A stretch of DNA of 64,000 nucleotides from Spirochaetia bacterium (GTDB taxonomy: Bacteria > Spirochaetota > Spirochaetia > DSM-16054 > Sediminispirochaetaceae), in NCBI GenBank assembly GCA_034520965.1, contig JAXHMY010000002.1, positions 256,001 through 320,000 of the forward strand, written 5' to 3'. Below are positions 42,311-52,424 of this stretch, piece after piece. Both the position numbers and the translations under genes were made by a program. The notes under the pieces were generated by a model that was given only the letters and a program-made list of their open reading frames with translations, did not search any database and was not told the origin of the DNA. Positions within the stretch are counted from its first letter, which is position 1. Every line of letters begins with the position of its first letter.

Positions 42311-43438
42311 ATGGATAATATGGTAAGAGGCGACTTCAATTTTCTCACCACCGGTCATCCTATGATCGTATTTGAAGATAATGAAGTCGGACGTTTGAAA
42401 AAAGAAGTCTTTGATGCTCCCATGGGAGATATTGAAAAGATACTGAAAGATTATGAGATTCCCTCGGAACCGGAAATTGGAAAAGGCGGTTGCTATATAC
42501 AAACCACTCCAAGGGCAATTAATATGGAAAAACGACGTAAAAACGATGTTGTGCTGGTCCCGGTAGGAACCACCGAAAACCACGGCGACCACGCCAACAG
42601 CGGTCTGGATACCTTTATGGCCTCTCAAATATGCGAAGGAGTGAGGCGATACACCGCCAAACAAGGCTATGAGGTAAACCTTGCCCTGCCGCCGTTGAAC
42701 TACGGCGGGCACCCCTACCACCACATGGGCATGCCCGGTACCATTATGCTGCCCCAGGAAGTAGTCACCGAGACCCTCATTTACGTCATGCTGGGTTTAT
42801 GGAATGACGGCTACCGCAAGATCATTATAATAAACAATCACGGCCAGTTGTGGATGCTGGAAAATGCTCTACAGGAGTTCTGCAAGCGCTATCAATTGCC
42901 CGGTATATTTCAGGTACTCGACTGGCACAGGGCGGTCCGCGAGTTTTTTATTCCGGTGAAAAGAGAAGACAGCTTGGAGACTACCTTTGTGCACGCCGAC
43001 GAAAGCGAGACCTCCGTAGCCCAGCTTCTGTTTCCTGATATGGTCGACATGAAATACGTGAAGGATGCGAGCGGCGAAAGCTACCTCCCGGGAGGTCACT
43101 TCGATACTTCCGTCGATCCCTGGCGCCGGCCTCACAAGTGGTCCGAAGGTGAAGGGCACTTTGCCATCGAGCGCAGAGCTACTCCCGAAGGGGTGGTCGG
43201 CCAGCCGTCTCTCTCCACTCCGGAAAAAGCGAAGCGACCTATAGCTGCAATCCTGAAGTACCTTACCCTTGTGGTGGACCAAATTATTGAGGCGTATCCC
43301 TCGGGTAAACTGCCTCCGGTGGATATGGTGACCCTTCGCGACCCCAAGGAACTGGAACCGTTCCTCAAGGAGCCCTTCAGCGAAGGATGGAAGTCGGTTT
43401 TCGAGCTGCCAGCTATGGGTCCCTTTACGAAAGGATAG
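42311..43438 (+). CDS. iolN: Creatininase-family hydrolase, 3-dehydro-scyllo-inosose hydrolase-like
   Basis: VPVGTTENHG, YGGHPYHHMGMPGT, NNHG, HADESETS; adjacent to iolM. Confidence 0.8.
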   Translation: MDNMVRGDFNFLTTGHPMIVFEDNEVGRLKKEVFDAPMGDIEKILKDYEIPSEPEIGKGGCYIQTTPRAINMEKRRKNDVVLVPVGTTENHGDHANSGLDTFMASQICEGVRRYTAKQGYEVNLALPPLNYGGHPYHHMGMPGTIMLPQEVVTETLIYVMLGLWNDGYRKIIIINNHGQLWMLENALQEFCKRYQLPGIFQVLDWHRAVREFFIPVKREDSLETTFVHADESETSVAQLLFPDMVDMKYVKDASGESYLPGGHFDTSVDPWRRPHKWSEGEGHFAIERRATPEGVVGQPSLSTPEKAKRPIAAILKYLTLVVDQIIEAYPSGKLPPVDMVTLRDPKELEPFLKEPFSEGWKSVFELPAMGPFTKG

Positions 43439-43452
43439 ACTTTTGATCCGGC

Positions 43453-44290
43453 TTATACCAGTTTTAGTAGTACCATCCCTGCTACAATAGCCCCAATGCT
43501 GAGTGCTTTTCTGGGCGTAAAAGGCTCTTTCAGGAAGATAAAGCCCAGAATTGCACCAATCGCCACCGACATTTCTCGGGCGGCCACCACATAACTAACT
43601 TGAGCCATTTGGTAGACAAATAGAATAATCAGATAGGTTCCAACCGAACCAATCCCGATAACCAGGGAATACTTTTTCCTGCTTTTCCATGCGAGGGACA
43701 CTTCCCGTCGCCTTTTTATAAGAACATAGGGGGATAGGAACAGCGTAAAAGCAAGGGTGATTCCGTATATGTAAAATACGGGATGAGAGATAGCAACCGC
43801 TAACTTGTCCACAATTGAGTAGCTGAGAATCATCAGGCCTACTGAGAACTGCGAATGACACCCCCCGCTTTTCACGGTGATTATTGAGACCAAGCAGCAG
43901 GATCCCTCCGCTTATTGTCAGTATACCAACTAGCCCGACCGGGACTAGGGTTTCATTGATCAACAGGGCTGCTGCAAGTGCTGTACCGGCAATTCCTATA
44001 CCTCTTGCAATAGGATACACCACCGAGATCTCACCATATTCATATGCCTTTGCTAACGTGAAAAAATAGACCGAGTGGATCGCCCCCGAAGCAATAATGT
44101 AAGGGTAGACTTTCCCAAGTGCAATTTGATCGGGGCTAAGCCAAAACAGCAAGGGGGCAAAGACAATACATGCAAAGGCAAAGCCGTTCCACATGGTTGC
44201 AAGGTCTCCAGCGGCCTTCTTGGTGGCAAAATTCCACAGAGCGTGGAGAGTTGCTGCAATAATAACCAATATAAAGGCGAGGGGCGGCAT
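43453..44290 (-). CDS. EamA/DMT family transporter; frameshift near 43850
   Basis: LHALWN..K, AYEYGEISVVYPIARG, SYVVAAREMSV; about 10 hydrophobic helices over two frames. Confidence 0.85.
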
Positions 44291-44291
44291 A

Positions 44292-44645
44292 TTATGGCTT
44301 GACCGTCGCCACTCGGGGAGATTCGTAAAATTTCACCGAGACCCCCGCCTCGCCTATATAGCCGATCTTCTCATAGCTGCTGCTCTGACTCGATTTTCCA
44401 ATAAAGGCAAGATAGGACGGGGCTCCTTTTATTACTCCATACCCTCCGCGAATACCGGAGAAAATACTCCCGTCGTGTGATTGCATCAGTGCAACCCGGC
44501 AGCTCTCTACCGTTTCGTTTAAATTGGCGATAAGCTTTTCCATACGATCTATTTTTTCCGACTGTATTGGTTCCCCGGTAAACTTGCGCCGCGAGCGTCG
44601 AAGCTCGACAGCTTTATACCATTCCTCGTTCTGCCTGTTCATCAT
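44292..44645 (-). pseudogene. Truncated nitroreductase-family gene
   Basis: AVELRRSRRKF..GAPSYLAF..KIGYIGEA, then resemblance stops at about 44346; no room for the C-terminal half before eamA. Confidence 0.6.
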
Positions 44646-44747
44646 GTACCTCCAGCTGTACTAATTATGTAAGAACTGCCCCACCCAATTTTATCCCAAA
44701 CCTGCTTACCTTGACCAGCGGGGCGTTAGCGGATTACTATTCCGACC

Positions 44748-45908
44748 ATGAGTATACGCGGTGGAGAGACCCGAACTAAAAATAAAAGATCAAGTGCAAT
44801 CCGCTCTGAAGGGAAGGCCCTGTCCAACGGAGTGCTTTTAGTGTTAATAGCACTTGGATTCATTGGGGTTTTTATGCTTCTGCGCCCCTTTATCGCCCCT
44901 ATCGTCCTGGCTCTGTTTCTGGTAACAATGGCCTATCCAGTTCACAAGCGTGTACGGCGGTTATTTAAGGGGAGAAAAACTATTACGGCAATTGTAATGG
45001 TGATAGGCGTTTTTCTGGTAGTGGTGATTCCATTTCTGCTTGTCTCTGCAGCCATAGTCCAACAGGGTATCGAAGTAGCTCAGCACCTGCAAAACTGGAT
45101 TATCTCCGGGGGACCAAAAAGTTTGGTCGAGGGCGTGCAGAACTTTAACTGGGAGAGGTATTCCTGGCTTGGAGGCCTTCGCAGCTTTATAGAAGATCGG
45201 GTTGCGGGAATGGCCGGAGAAGGGGGAACCCTTACCGAAGGTCTTACAGAATTGAGCAGCACTACTGCTCAGGCTTTGGGTAGTTTTATTCTGCCCCTTC
45301 TTTCACAGACGGGCCTGTTGATCATGAACTTCTTCATTATGTTTTTTATTATGTTTTATGCCTTTCGAGACGGCGATGCTATGCTGGCCTACTTTTTAAA
45401 GATTCTGCCCCTCTCCGGAAGCCACGAACAGGTGCTTATCGAGCGTGTCCGGTTTATTGTGAGGGCGGTTCTAGTAGGAATGCTGTTGACCGCGGCCATT
45501 CAGGCGGTGGTGGCCTCGATCGGATTCAAGATAATCGGCATTTCCGCCCTATTCTGGGGTGTTATGCTCGGCATCTCCTCGTTTATTCCCATAGTAGGTA
45601 CCGCCCTGGTGTGGGTACCGGTAACCGGCTATATGCTTATCTCAGGAAAAATTGGCTTTGCAATTTTTATATTCATCTGGTGTGCCGGGGGAGTCGGCTC
45701 CATTGACAACTTCCTCCGACCTTACCTTATGCAGGGAAAATCGGGGATGTCTACGCTGATCCTCTTTTTCGCCCTTATCGGAGGAATTCGACTCTTCGGC
45801 CCGATCGGAATTCTCTACGGCCCGATGATATTCGGTCTGCTGGCGGTGATCCTGTACATCTACACCCTGCAGCATTCGCAGGCACTTCTGCATTTAGAGA
45901 GACAGTAG
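44748..45908 (+). CDS. AI-2E (PerM/UPF0118) family transporter
   Basis: FIPIVGTALVWVP, IDNFLRPYL, GGIRLFGPIGILYGP. Confidence 0.9.
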   Translation: MSIRGGETRTKNKRSSAIRSEGKALSNGVLLVLIALGFIGVFMLLRPFIAPIVLALFLVTMAYPVHKRVRRLFKGRKTITAIVMVIGVFLVVVIPFLLVSAAIVQQGIEVAQHLQNWIISGGPKSLVEGVQNFNWERYSWLGGLRSFIEDRVAGMAGEGGTLTEGLTELSSTTAQALGSFILPLLSQTGLLIMNFFIMFFIMFYAFRDGDAMLAYFLKILPLSGSHEQVLIERVRFIVRAVLVGMLLTAAIQAVVASIGFKIIGISALFWGVMLGISSFIPIVGTALVWVPVTGYMLISGKIGFAIFIFIWCAGGVGSIDNFLRPYLMQGKSGMSTLILFFALIGGIRLFGPIGILYGPMIFGLLAVILYIYTLQHSQALLHLERQ

Positions 45909-45960
45909 CCCACGCCCTGTCCCGCCACCTTGGTCCGAAGCTTGGAGATCTTTGCGACCA

Positions 45961-47790
45961 TTAGCCTAGGCGCTTATCCAGGATTTTGCGGGCGGAGCTG
46001 TTGAGCTCGGCCTTGCGCAGACGGATAGCGGTAGGGGTAATTTCGATCAGCTCATCCTCGCGGATAAACTGCACGGCCCGTTCGATTGTCATAGGCAGGA
46101 TCGGAGTCAGAGTGACGGTGTCGTCTTTACCGGAGGCGCGCATATTGCTGAGCTTTTTGGCCTTGGCGGGGTTTACGTTAAGGTCATTTTCGCGGTTGTG
46201 CTCGCCCACGATCATTCCTTCATAGACCGGGTCGCCGGGAACGACAAACAGGTTGCCCCGGGGCTCCAGGTTGAATAGGGCGTAGGCGATTGCCTGGCCC
46301 TGGCGGTCGGCCACCAGTGAGCCGGTGTGGCGCAGGGCGAACTCGCCGCGGTACTCTTCGTAGCCGGAGAGAAAGGAGTTCATGATGCCCGTACCCTTGG
46401 TGTCAGTAAGAAACTCGTCGCGGTAGCCGATTAAAGAGCGCGAGGGAATGCTGAACTCGATGCGCACCCGACCGCTTTGGTGGTTGGACATGGTGATCAT
46501 GCGCCCCTTTCGCTTAGAGAGTTTTTCGGTTACTACGCCCATGTAGGCGTCTTCGCAGTCGATAAACAGGTGCTCTATGGGCTCGACGGTTTTACCGTCT
46601 TTCTTTTTCATTATAACCTCGGGCCGGCCGACGCAGAACTCGTAGCCCTCGCGGCGCATGGTTTCGATGAGGATTACCATCTGAAACTCACCCCGCCCTT
46701 TCACAATGAAGTTCTCGCCGTCGGAACTGCGTTCGACACGCATAGAGACGTTCTGAAGTGTCTCTTTTTCCAAACGCTCGAATACTTTTCCTGCCTGCAC
46801 AATGGTTTTACCCTGCCCGGCCAGGGGACCTGAGTTTTTGCCGAAACGCATTGATACGGTGGGCTCGTCGACGGTGATACGAGGGAGTGCTTTAGGCAGC
46901 TCACGGGTGCAGATAGTGTCGCCGATGTGAACGTCTTGGATGCCGGCCAGCACCACAATGTCGCCGGGCTCGGCGGTTTCTGCATCAATAATCGACAGCC
47001 CCTGGTACTGCTGGAGCTTTGAGATTTTCAGGGGCGCAGCGTTTCCGTCGGCGCCGACACAGGCCAGACTGTCGTTGGCCTTGACCCGGCCGTTATAGAC
47101 TTTCCCGATAACCAGACGACCCAGATAATCAGAATAGGCCAGGTCGGAGACCAGCATTTGAAAGGGCTGTTCCACATCCGCAATAGGTGCGGGGATTTCC
47201 TCGACTATCAAATCCAGCAGCTCGTGCAGATTTTCGGCGGGTTTGTTCAGATCGGTGGAGGCTACCCCGTCGCGTCCAATAGCGTAGAGCATGGGAAAGT
47301 CGAATTGGTCCTCCGAGGCATCAAGGTCGATTAGCAAATCGTGAATTTCATCCAGAATTTGCAGCGGCCGGGCGTCGGGGCGGTCAATTTTGTTGATGAC
47401 CACCATCAGCGCCAAATGTGCTTCCAGGGCCTTGGAGAGCACGAAGCGGGTTTGCGGCAGGGGTCCCTCGGAGGCGTCTACCAGCAGGATAGCGCCGTCA
47501 GCCATCGAGAGAGCCCGTTCTACTTCGCCGCCGAAGTCGGCGTGGCCCGGGGTGTCGATGATATTGATTTTGGTACCCTTCCAGCCGATGGCACAGTTTT
47601 TCGCTGAGATGGTAATACCCCGTTCCCGCTCGAGGTCCATGCTGTCCATTATCCGCTCGTCCACTACCTGACCTTCACGAAAGACTCCGCTCTGGCGGAA
47701 CATCGTGTCCACCAGGGTTGTTTTGCCATGGTCTACGTGGGCTATTATGGCTATGTTACGTATTTTTTCATTTCGTGGCTTGTTATGCAC
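45961..47790 (-). CDS. typA: Translational GTPase TypA/BipA
   Basis: [48 protein letters not shown]. Confidence 0.97.
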   Translation of the reverse strand: MHNKPRNEKIRNIAIIAHVDHGKTTLVDTMFRQSGVFREGQVVDERIMDSMDLERERGITISAKNCAIGWKGTKINIIDTPGHADFGGEVERALSMADGAILLVDASEGPLPQTRFVLSKALEAHLALMVVINKIDRPDARPLQILDEIHDLLIDLDASEDQFDFPMLYAIGRDGVASTDLNKPAENLHELLDLIVEEIPAPIADVEQPFQMLVSDLAYSDYLGRLVIGKVYNGRVKANDSLACVGADGNAAPLKISKLQQYQGLSIIDAETAEPGDIVVLAGIQDVHIGDTICTRELPKALPRITVDEPTVSMRFGKNSGPLAGQGKTIVQAGKVFERLEKETLQNVSMRVERSSDGENFIVKGRGEFQMVILIETMRREGYEFCVGRPEVIMKKKDGKTVEPIEHLFIDCEDAYMGVVTEKLSKRKGRMITMSNHQSGRVRIEFSIPSRSLIGYRDEFLTDTKGTGIMNSFLSGYEEYRGEFALRHTGSLVADRQGQAIAYALFNLEPRGNLFVVPGDPVYEGMIVGEHNRENDLNVNPAKAKKLSNMRASGKDDTVTLTPILPMTIERAVQFIREDELIEITPTAIRLRKAELNSSARKILDKRLG

Positions 47791-47981
47791 TATACTATTT
47801 CCTTGAATAAAGATTTATAGGGATGTAAAAGAATTTTCTACTATTTTTCCTGAAAGTTTCCTGATGGAGTAAAATTTATAAGAAGCACAATTTTTGAGGA
47901 GCCTAAATTTCGAGAAAACTGTAAAATTTTAGGCTAATTATAACCTAATCAATCGATGTATACAAGCGGGGCTGCTGCAGA

Positions 47982-48123
47982 CAGATATCTCGGCAATTTG
48001 AAAATTTTAAAATTTTTCAAATTGCGAATACTTACATTTTGTTTAAGATAAGTAGTTTATCTTAAAGATATTGTGGGTATTCTCATTTTGGAAGTTTTAA
48101 AACTTCCAAAATGAGAATTCCTG
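47982..48123 (-). mobile_element. MITE copy 2 (142 bp, inverted relative to copy 1) with 9-bp target duplication
   Basis: CAG...CTG ends; flanked by TGCTGCAGA at 47973-47981 and 48124-48132; contains a perfect 40-bp palindrome at 48079-48118. Confidence 0.88.
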
Positions 48124-48143
48124 TGCTGCAGAACCAGCAACAC

Positions 48144-49205
48144 TCAGGGGTTGGCTGACCCGGTGGATCGAAGGAGTACTTTTTTATCGTGCTTGTACAG
48201 AAAAAGACCGGGCCACAGCATAAAAAAGGCAAATAGTTTTTTGTTAGCCTGTTTGTAGATGTCGTCTGGGATTACACCGGCATGCATGGAGTAGCGCACA
48301 TAATTTGCAGAAGCCCTAATACGGTAAGATAGGGGCACCCGCTGGTTGGTAAGCTCGTTGAAAAACAGGGAGGCTGCACGGGGACTGCTCGTCCATTTAC
48401 GTAGGCGCTCAGTTTTGGACAGCACTGCTTGTGCCGAATCGGCTTTAGTTGTAGAGCCGGCTTCTTCTTGGCCAACCGGTTGAACAATCAGCAGCGGCTC
48501 ATTGATATAACGAGTCAACCTATCGCGGCCGATACGGTTAAGCACCAGCTCGTCGGGAACAAATTTTTCCCCCTTGAACACGGGATACGGATTGTCCTGA
48601 AACACCGCGGTATGCAGCATTCCCCATTTGCGCCCGGTAATCCCATAGTGGGTACCCACCTCGATACTATTGGAATCGAATGGGCTGGAGGGAAAACGGT
48701 TGCCATCGATTTTGCCGTCCGGTAAGGCCGACAGACCGACTATCGAGGCAAAATAGGGGCGCTCTTGAGCCGGAAGACTGTACCAGTGTTCTAATAAACG
48801 TTCAAAGGCCTCCGGCACAGGCACCGAGTCTGTATCGAGCACCACAAAAAACTTACCCTGCGCTGATTTAAGAGCCCGGTTAATCGCAGTATGACGGCCC
48901 CCTCGCTTTTGTGTCAGGAGCTTCACTGGAAATGGAGCTTCTGTCTTTTTACTATTTTTTGACTTTGAAGAGTCCTGTTTGGTGTCTTGCTCCGTATCCC
49001 GGTTTCGGTCCGGGGTCAGGGCTGGGTCTTCTCCGGCAATTGCCTGCACTTGGGCTGCAGTATCATCGCTCGAGCCGTCATCGACTACTATCCATTCAAA
49101 ACGCTGTTCTGTCTGCTGCAGCAGGCTATTATAAAGCTTGGGAATCCGGTCGGCAGCGTTATGGGCCGGCGTGCAGACGCTCAGCTTAAATGGAGGGGGT
49201 TTCAT
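48144..49205 (-). CDS. Glycosyltransferase family 2
   Basis: SVCTPAHN, EWIVVDDGSSD, AINRAL..AQGKFFVVLDTDS, YPVFKGEKFVP. Confidence 0.88.
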   Translation of the reverse strand: MKPPPFKLSVCTPAHNAADRIPKLYNSLLQQTEQRFEWIVVDDGSSDDTAAQVQAIAGEDPALTPDRNRDTEQDTKQDSSKSKNSKKTEAPFPVKLLTQKRGGRHTAINRALKSAQGKFFVVLDTDSVPVPEAFERLLEHWYSLPAQERPYFASIVGLSALPDGKIDGNRFPSSPFDSNSIEVGTHYGITGRKWGMLHTAVFQDNPYPVFKGEKFVPDELVLNRIGRDRLTRYINEPLLIVQPVGQEEAGSTTKADSAQAVLSKTERLRKWTSSPRAASLFFNELTNQRVPLSYRIRASANYVRYSMHAGVIPDDIYKQANKKLFAFFMLWPGLFLYKHDKKVLLRSTGSANP

Positions 49206-49357
49206 ATACGCCACCAATCTTCTTATTCAACATGTGTACATCTGTATCATATTTTAAACTCCTTTTCCAGGGTTTATTAAGTCCTTTCCGAGACCTTGCA
49301 TTTTAGAATGTGGGGTATAAAATTTATGTATGTAAGCTTTTTCTAAGGAGAGATACT

Positions 49358-50344
49358 ATGCAGCATGTACATTGGGGAATTATTGGTTGTGGTGATGTAA
49401 CGGAAAAAAAGAGCGGACCGGGATTTGCAAAGGCAAACGGCTCCGACTTGGTCGCAGTAATGCGCAGAGATGCAGCAAAGGCTAAGGATTATGCTGCACG
49501 GCACAATGTCCCCAGATGGTACTCCCAAGCAGAGGATTTGCTGCAGGATGCGGATGTGAATGCAGTCTACATAGCTACGCCTCCTGCATATCATCTACCC
49601 TACACTATTATGGCAGCCGAAGCGGGGAAGCCTGTATATGTTGAAAAACCAATGGCAATTAATATGAAAGAATGTGAAAAAATGCTTGAGGTGTGCCATA
49701 AAAATGGGATTCCTCTCTATGTGGCCTATTACCGTCGAGCACTCCCCCGTTTTTTGAAAGTTAAACAACTGATTGACTCCGGCGCCCTCGGTGAAGCTCA
49801 CTCATTTGATATTACTCTGCACAAACCGCCTTCTGAGGCTGACCAAGGACCACACTCTCTATGGCGAGTCGATCCTGCAATCGCCGGAGGGGGATATTTT
49901 ATCGACTTGGCTACCCATACGCTCGATCTTATCGATTACCTTTTCGGACCAATTACCGAAGTACATGGGTTAGCAGTCAATCGAGCAGGACTCTATGCAG
50001 CAGAGGATAACGTGACCGCTGTATTCAAAACTAAATCCCATATTGTGGGGAGCGGCATCTGGTCATTCAGCACACTCAACGAAGAGGATGAAGTGAGAAT
50101 TAACGGAACCCTAGGGAGCCTTAGTTTCGCCTCTTTCCAGGATAAGCCGGTTGTACTGAACACAGATACGCAGCGGGAAGAGTTTTCAATTGAACATCCG
50201 CCCCATGTACAGCAACCTCTGATTCAAACGGTAGTCGATGAACTGTTAGGGCTTGGAACCTGCCCCAGCACGGGTCAATCGGCACTGCGCACAACCAGAG
50301 TTACCGATGAAATATTAAAGGGATACTACCAGACCCTATATTGA
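49358..50344 (+). CDS. Gfo/Idh/MocA family oxidoreductase
   Basis: WGIIGCGDVTEKKSGP, VYIATPP, YVEKP, VAYYRR, GGGYFIDLATH. Confidence 0.92.
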   Translation: MQHVHWGIIGCGDVTEKKSGPGFAKANGSDLVAVMRRDAAKAKDYAARHNVPRWYSQAEDLLQDADVNAVYIATPPAYHLPYTIMAAEAGKPVYVEKPMAINMKECEKMLEVCHKNGIPLYVAYYRRALPRFLKVKQLIDSGALGEAHSFDITLHKPPSEADQGPHSLWRVDPAIAGGGYFIDLATHTLDLIDYLFGPITEVHGLAVNRAGLYAAEDNVTAVFKTKSHIVGSGIWSFSTLNEEDEVRINGTLGSLSFASFQDKPVVLNTDTQREEFSIEHPPHVQQPLIQTVVDELLGLGTCPSTGQSALRTTRVTDEILKGYYQTLY

Positions 50345-50346
50345 AG

Positions 50347-51623
50347 TTAATGGTTCAAACCATGGGGGATGCGAATTTTCACACGCCCCGTGCGAGTAAG
50401 GGCGATTACATCCACACATATTTGGGCCAGTACATCCCGTCGAACTTATCCAGGGTTCCAGTCATCCGTGCCCATACCATCAGCTGTGACCAGTTGAGCT
50501 TTACATGGGTGTAGAACTTGCGTATGGTAAAGATGCCCCGCAGCCCTCTTGCGATTTTACCCGGGGGAACACCGGCCACCTCGGCATGGGAGAAGTTCTG
50601 AAGAATGGGCTCTCCAATGCGAAAGGGCTTAAAATAATTCTGATACAGCTGGTAGACGGCCATGCGCTCAAGACAGTTATTCACATTCTGGGAGAAGCGG
50701 ACCGTCTCACGCACATGATTTGCATTATCCTTTCTAAATTGTCTGTCCAGATAATTAACAGAAAAAAGTGGATTGAGCACGGTGCGTTCGAGCTGTGAAG
50801 AGATTCTCACATGCTCAAACCTCCCCTCACTTTTTAGGCTCTGCAGCACATCCGAGCCCATGACCAATCTTTGATACTCGAGCTTCTCATCGCTGTAGAG
50901 GCAGGTAAACCGCCGCTTCTGCGCGTATTGTTCGACCAGATCGACAATCTGCAGGAAAGACTGACTGATGGATATCCTCTTGCGGATGTAGTGCCTCTCC
51001 CGCTGGTCACGCTCGTCCTTCTGCAGCTCGGTCATCTTTCCCTTGCGCCGCAAATGGGCATAGTCGAAGGTGATAAAGAACTGTGAACGCTTGCCGGCCA
51101 GGATGTGAATGTTATTCGGCTGGTACTGATCGCTGACAAAGCTCTCGAACCCGTCGGTGACCAGGTCCTCGCAGGGAACATAGTCCTGCAGGACATCCGC
51201 CTGCAGAGCAATGGCCTGACGGGCGAGACGGCCCAGACGGTTGATGATCGCCTGGTGGCTGACCTCCATTATGCGGGCGGTCTTACGCACTCCCCCGCAG
51301 TTGGTCATATGATCGAAAATCACCTGACAAGTCGAGCTTTCGTTTAACATAATAATCGAGGCGGAAGGTTTGCTCACTGAAACCTCCTCCGCAGCTGAGG
51401 CATCTGAAGCGAGTGACCGTCCCATGGGCCAGGGTCTCGTAGCTGCCATTGATGTGGTACCAGCGCCCATGGTCTGGGGGCTTTGTGTGATATTCACATT
51501 CGGGATGGGGACAAAATGGGGGGATAAGCATTGGCAGGCCTCCTCTAAAAAAAAGTGCGGGTACACTTGAATAGAGGGGTAAGTCGCTCTCCTGCTTCAA
51601 TACCCCATGGTTTGAACCATTAA
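50347..51623 (-). mobile_element. IS-like element A (1277 bp) bounded by perfect 21-bp inverted repeats
   Basis: TTAATGGTTCAAACCATGGGG at 50347-50367 and its reverse complement at 51603-51623 enclose one transposase-like gene. Confidence 0.8.
50406..51531 (-). CDS. IS1-like transposase-related protein A; frameshift near 51330
   Basis: MLIPPFCPHPEC..RFRCLSC zinc finger, HTH (GVRKTARIMEVSHQAIINRL), DLVTDGFE, LYSDEK..Y, VNYLDRQFRKD..RETVRFS; GAGGAGG RBS. Confidence 0.7.
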
Positions 51624-51630
51624 TTACATT

Positions 51631-52356
51631 TTAAGGGGATTGTACGATTGCTCGATTGAACTCATCTGCTACAATCTGCGCTCCAGCAGAATTAAGGTGA
51701 ACTCCATCCATCGTAAAGTGCAGACCCCTCTCTTCAGCTCGCTGATCGGCTTTTGAAGCACTGCGGTAGGTTAAGAAATCCGCTGCCACTTGGAAAGGGT
51801 CTATCGGCAGATAAGTTGAGATTTGAGTAGTTTGCTGATGATCCTTAGCTAATATCTCAATGAATGGCCGCCGAATATCAAGAAATGCAGCTCGCTCATA
51901 CACACTGGCTAACTTGGAAATTAATTGCGCCTGAAGTTCCAAACGGCGATTCCAAGGGTTCTCCAAATCTTCCCCTATAAACAAAGGCGCCACCGCCCAA
52001 ATATGGCGGCACCGAGGATTGAACAGATCCAGAAGTCGGCGGTAATAATCAGAAAACTCAGTCTCGGTGTGTGCCCAGGGTTGGCGAACTACAGTTTTCA
52101 TTGGAGGATAGAAGCGAGCCAACTGCGGCAGAACATCATTGACCCCCATCCAAACAAAGACTACATCCGCCTTGAACTTCTCCGGCCTACTCTGCTGAAG
52201 CTGCTCAGCCCGCTCGTACAGGCTTCGTACCGTATCTCCCCCTTTACCATAATTTTCAACAGTGTGGTTCTGCTGTACAGCTCGTATTATATCGATATAG
52301 GCCGCACCAGGAACACCTTCGGTGAGGCTATTTCCCCAGAATGCAATTTTTGCCAA
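51631..52356 (-). CDS. SGNH/GDSL hydrolase-family protein
   Basis: IAFWGNSLTEG, NYGKGGDT, MGVND, DGVHLN. Confidence 0.88.
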   Translation of the reverse strand: MAKIAFWGNSLTEGVPGAAYIDIIRAVQQNHTVENYGKGGDTVRSLYERAEQLQQSRPEKFKADVVFVWMGVNDVLPQLARFYPPMKTVVRQPWAHTETEFSDYYRRLLDLFNPRCRHIWAVAPLFIGEDLENPWNRRLELQAQLISKLASVYERAAFLDIRRPFIEILAKDHQQTTQISTYLPIDPFQVAADFLTYRSASKADQRAEERGLHFTMDGVHLNSAGAQIVADEFNRAIVQSP

Positions 52357-52424
52357 CAGAAGAGCTCCTTAAGCTTATAAGACTATCGACCAATCTTAAT
52401 CCCATCCACATAGGTAATCAACCA

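Noticed and set aside
39854..48123. One 8-kb mobile or invertible unit bounded by the two inverted MITE copies
   Set aside because: Each copy has its own matched 9-bp duplication, which shows separate insertions with no recombination between them; the interval includes the core gene typA.
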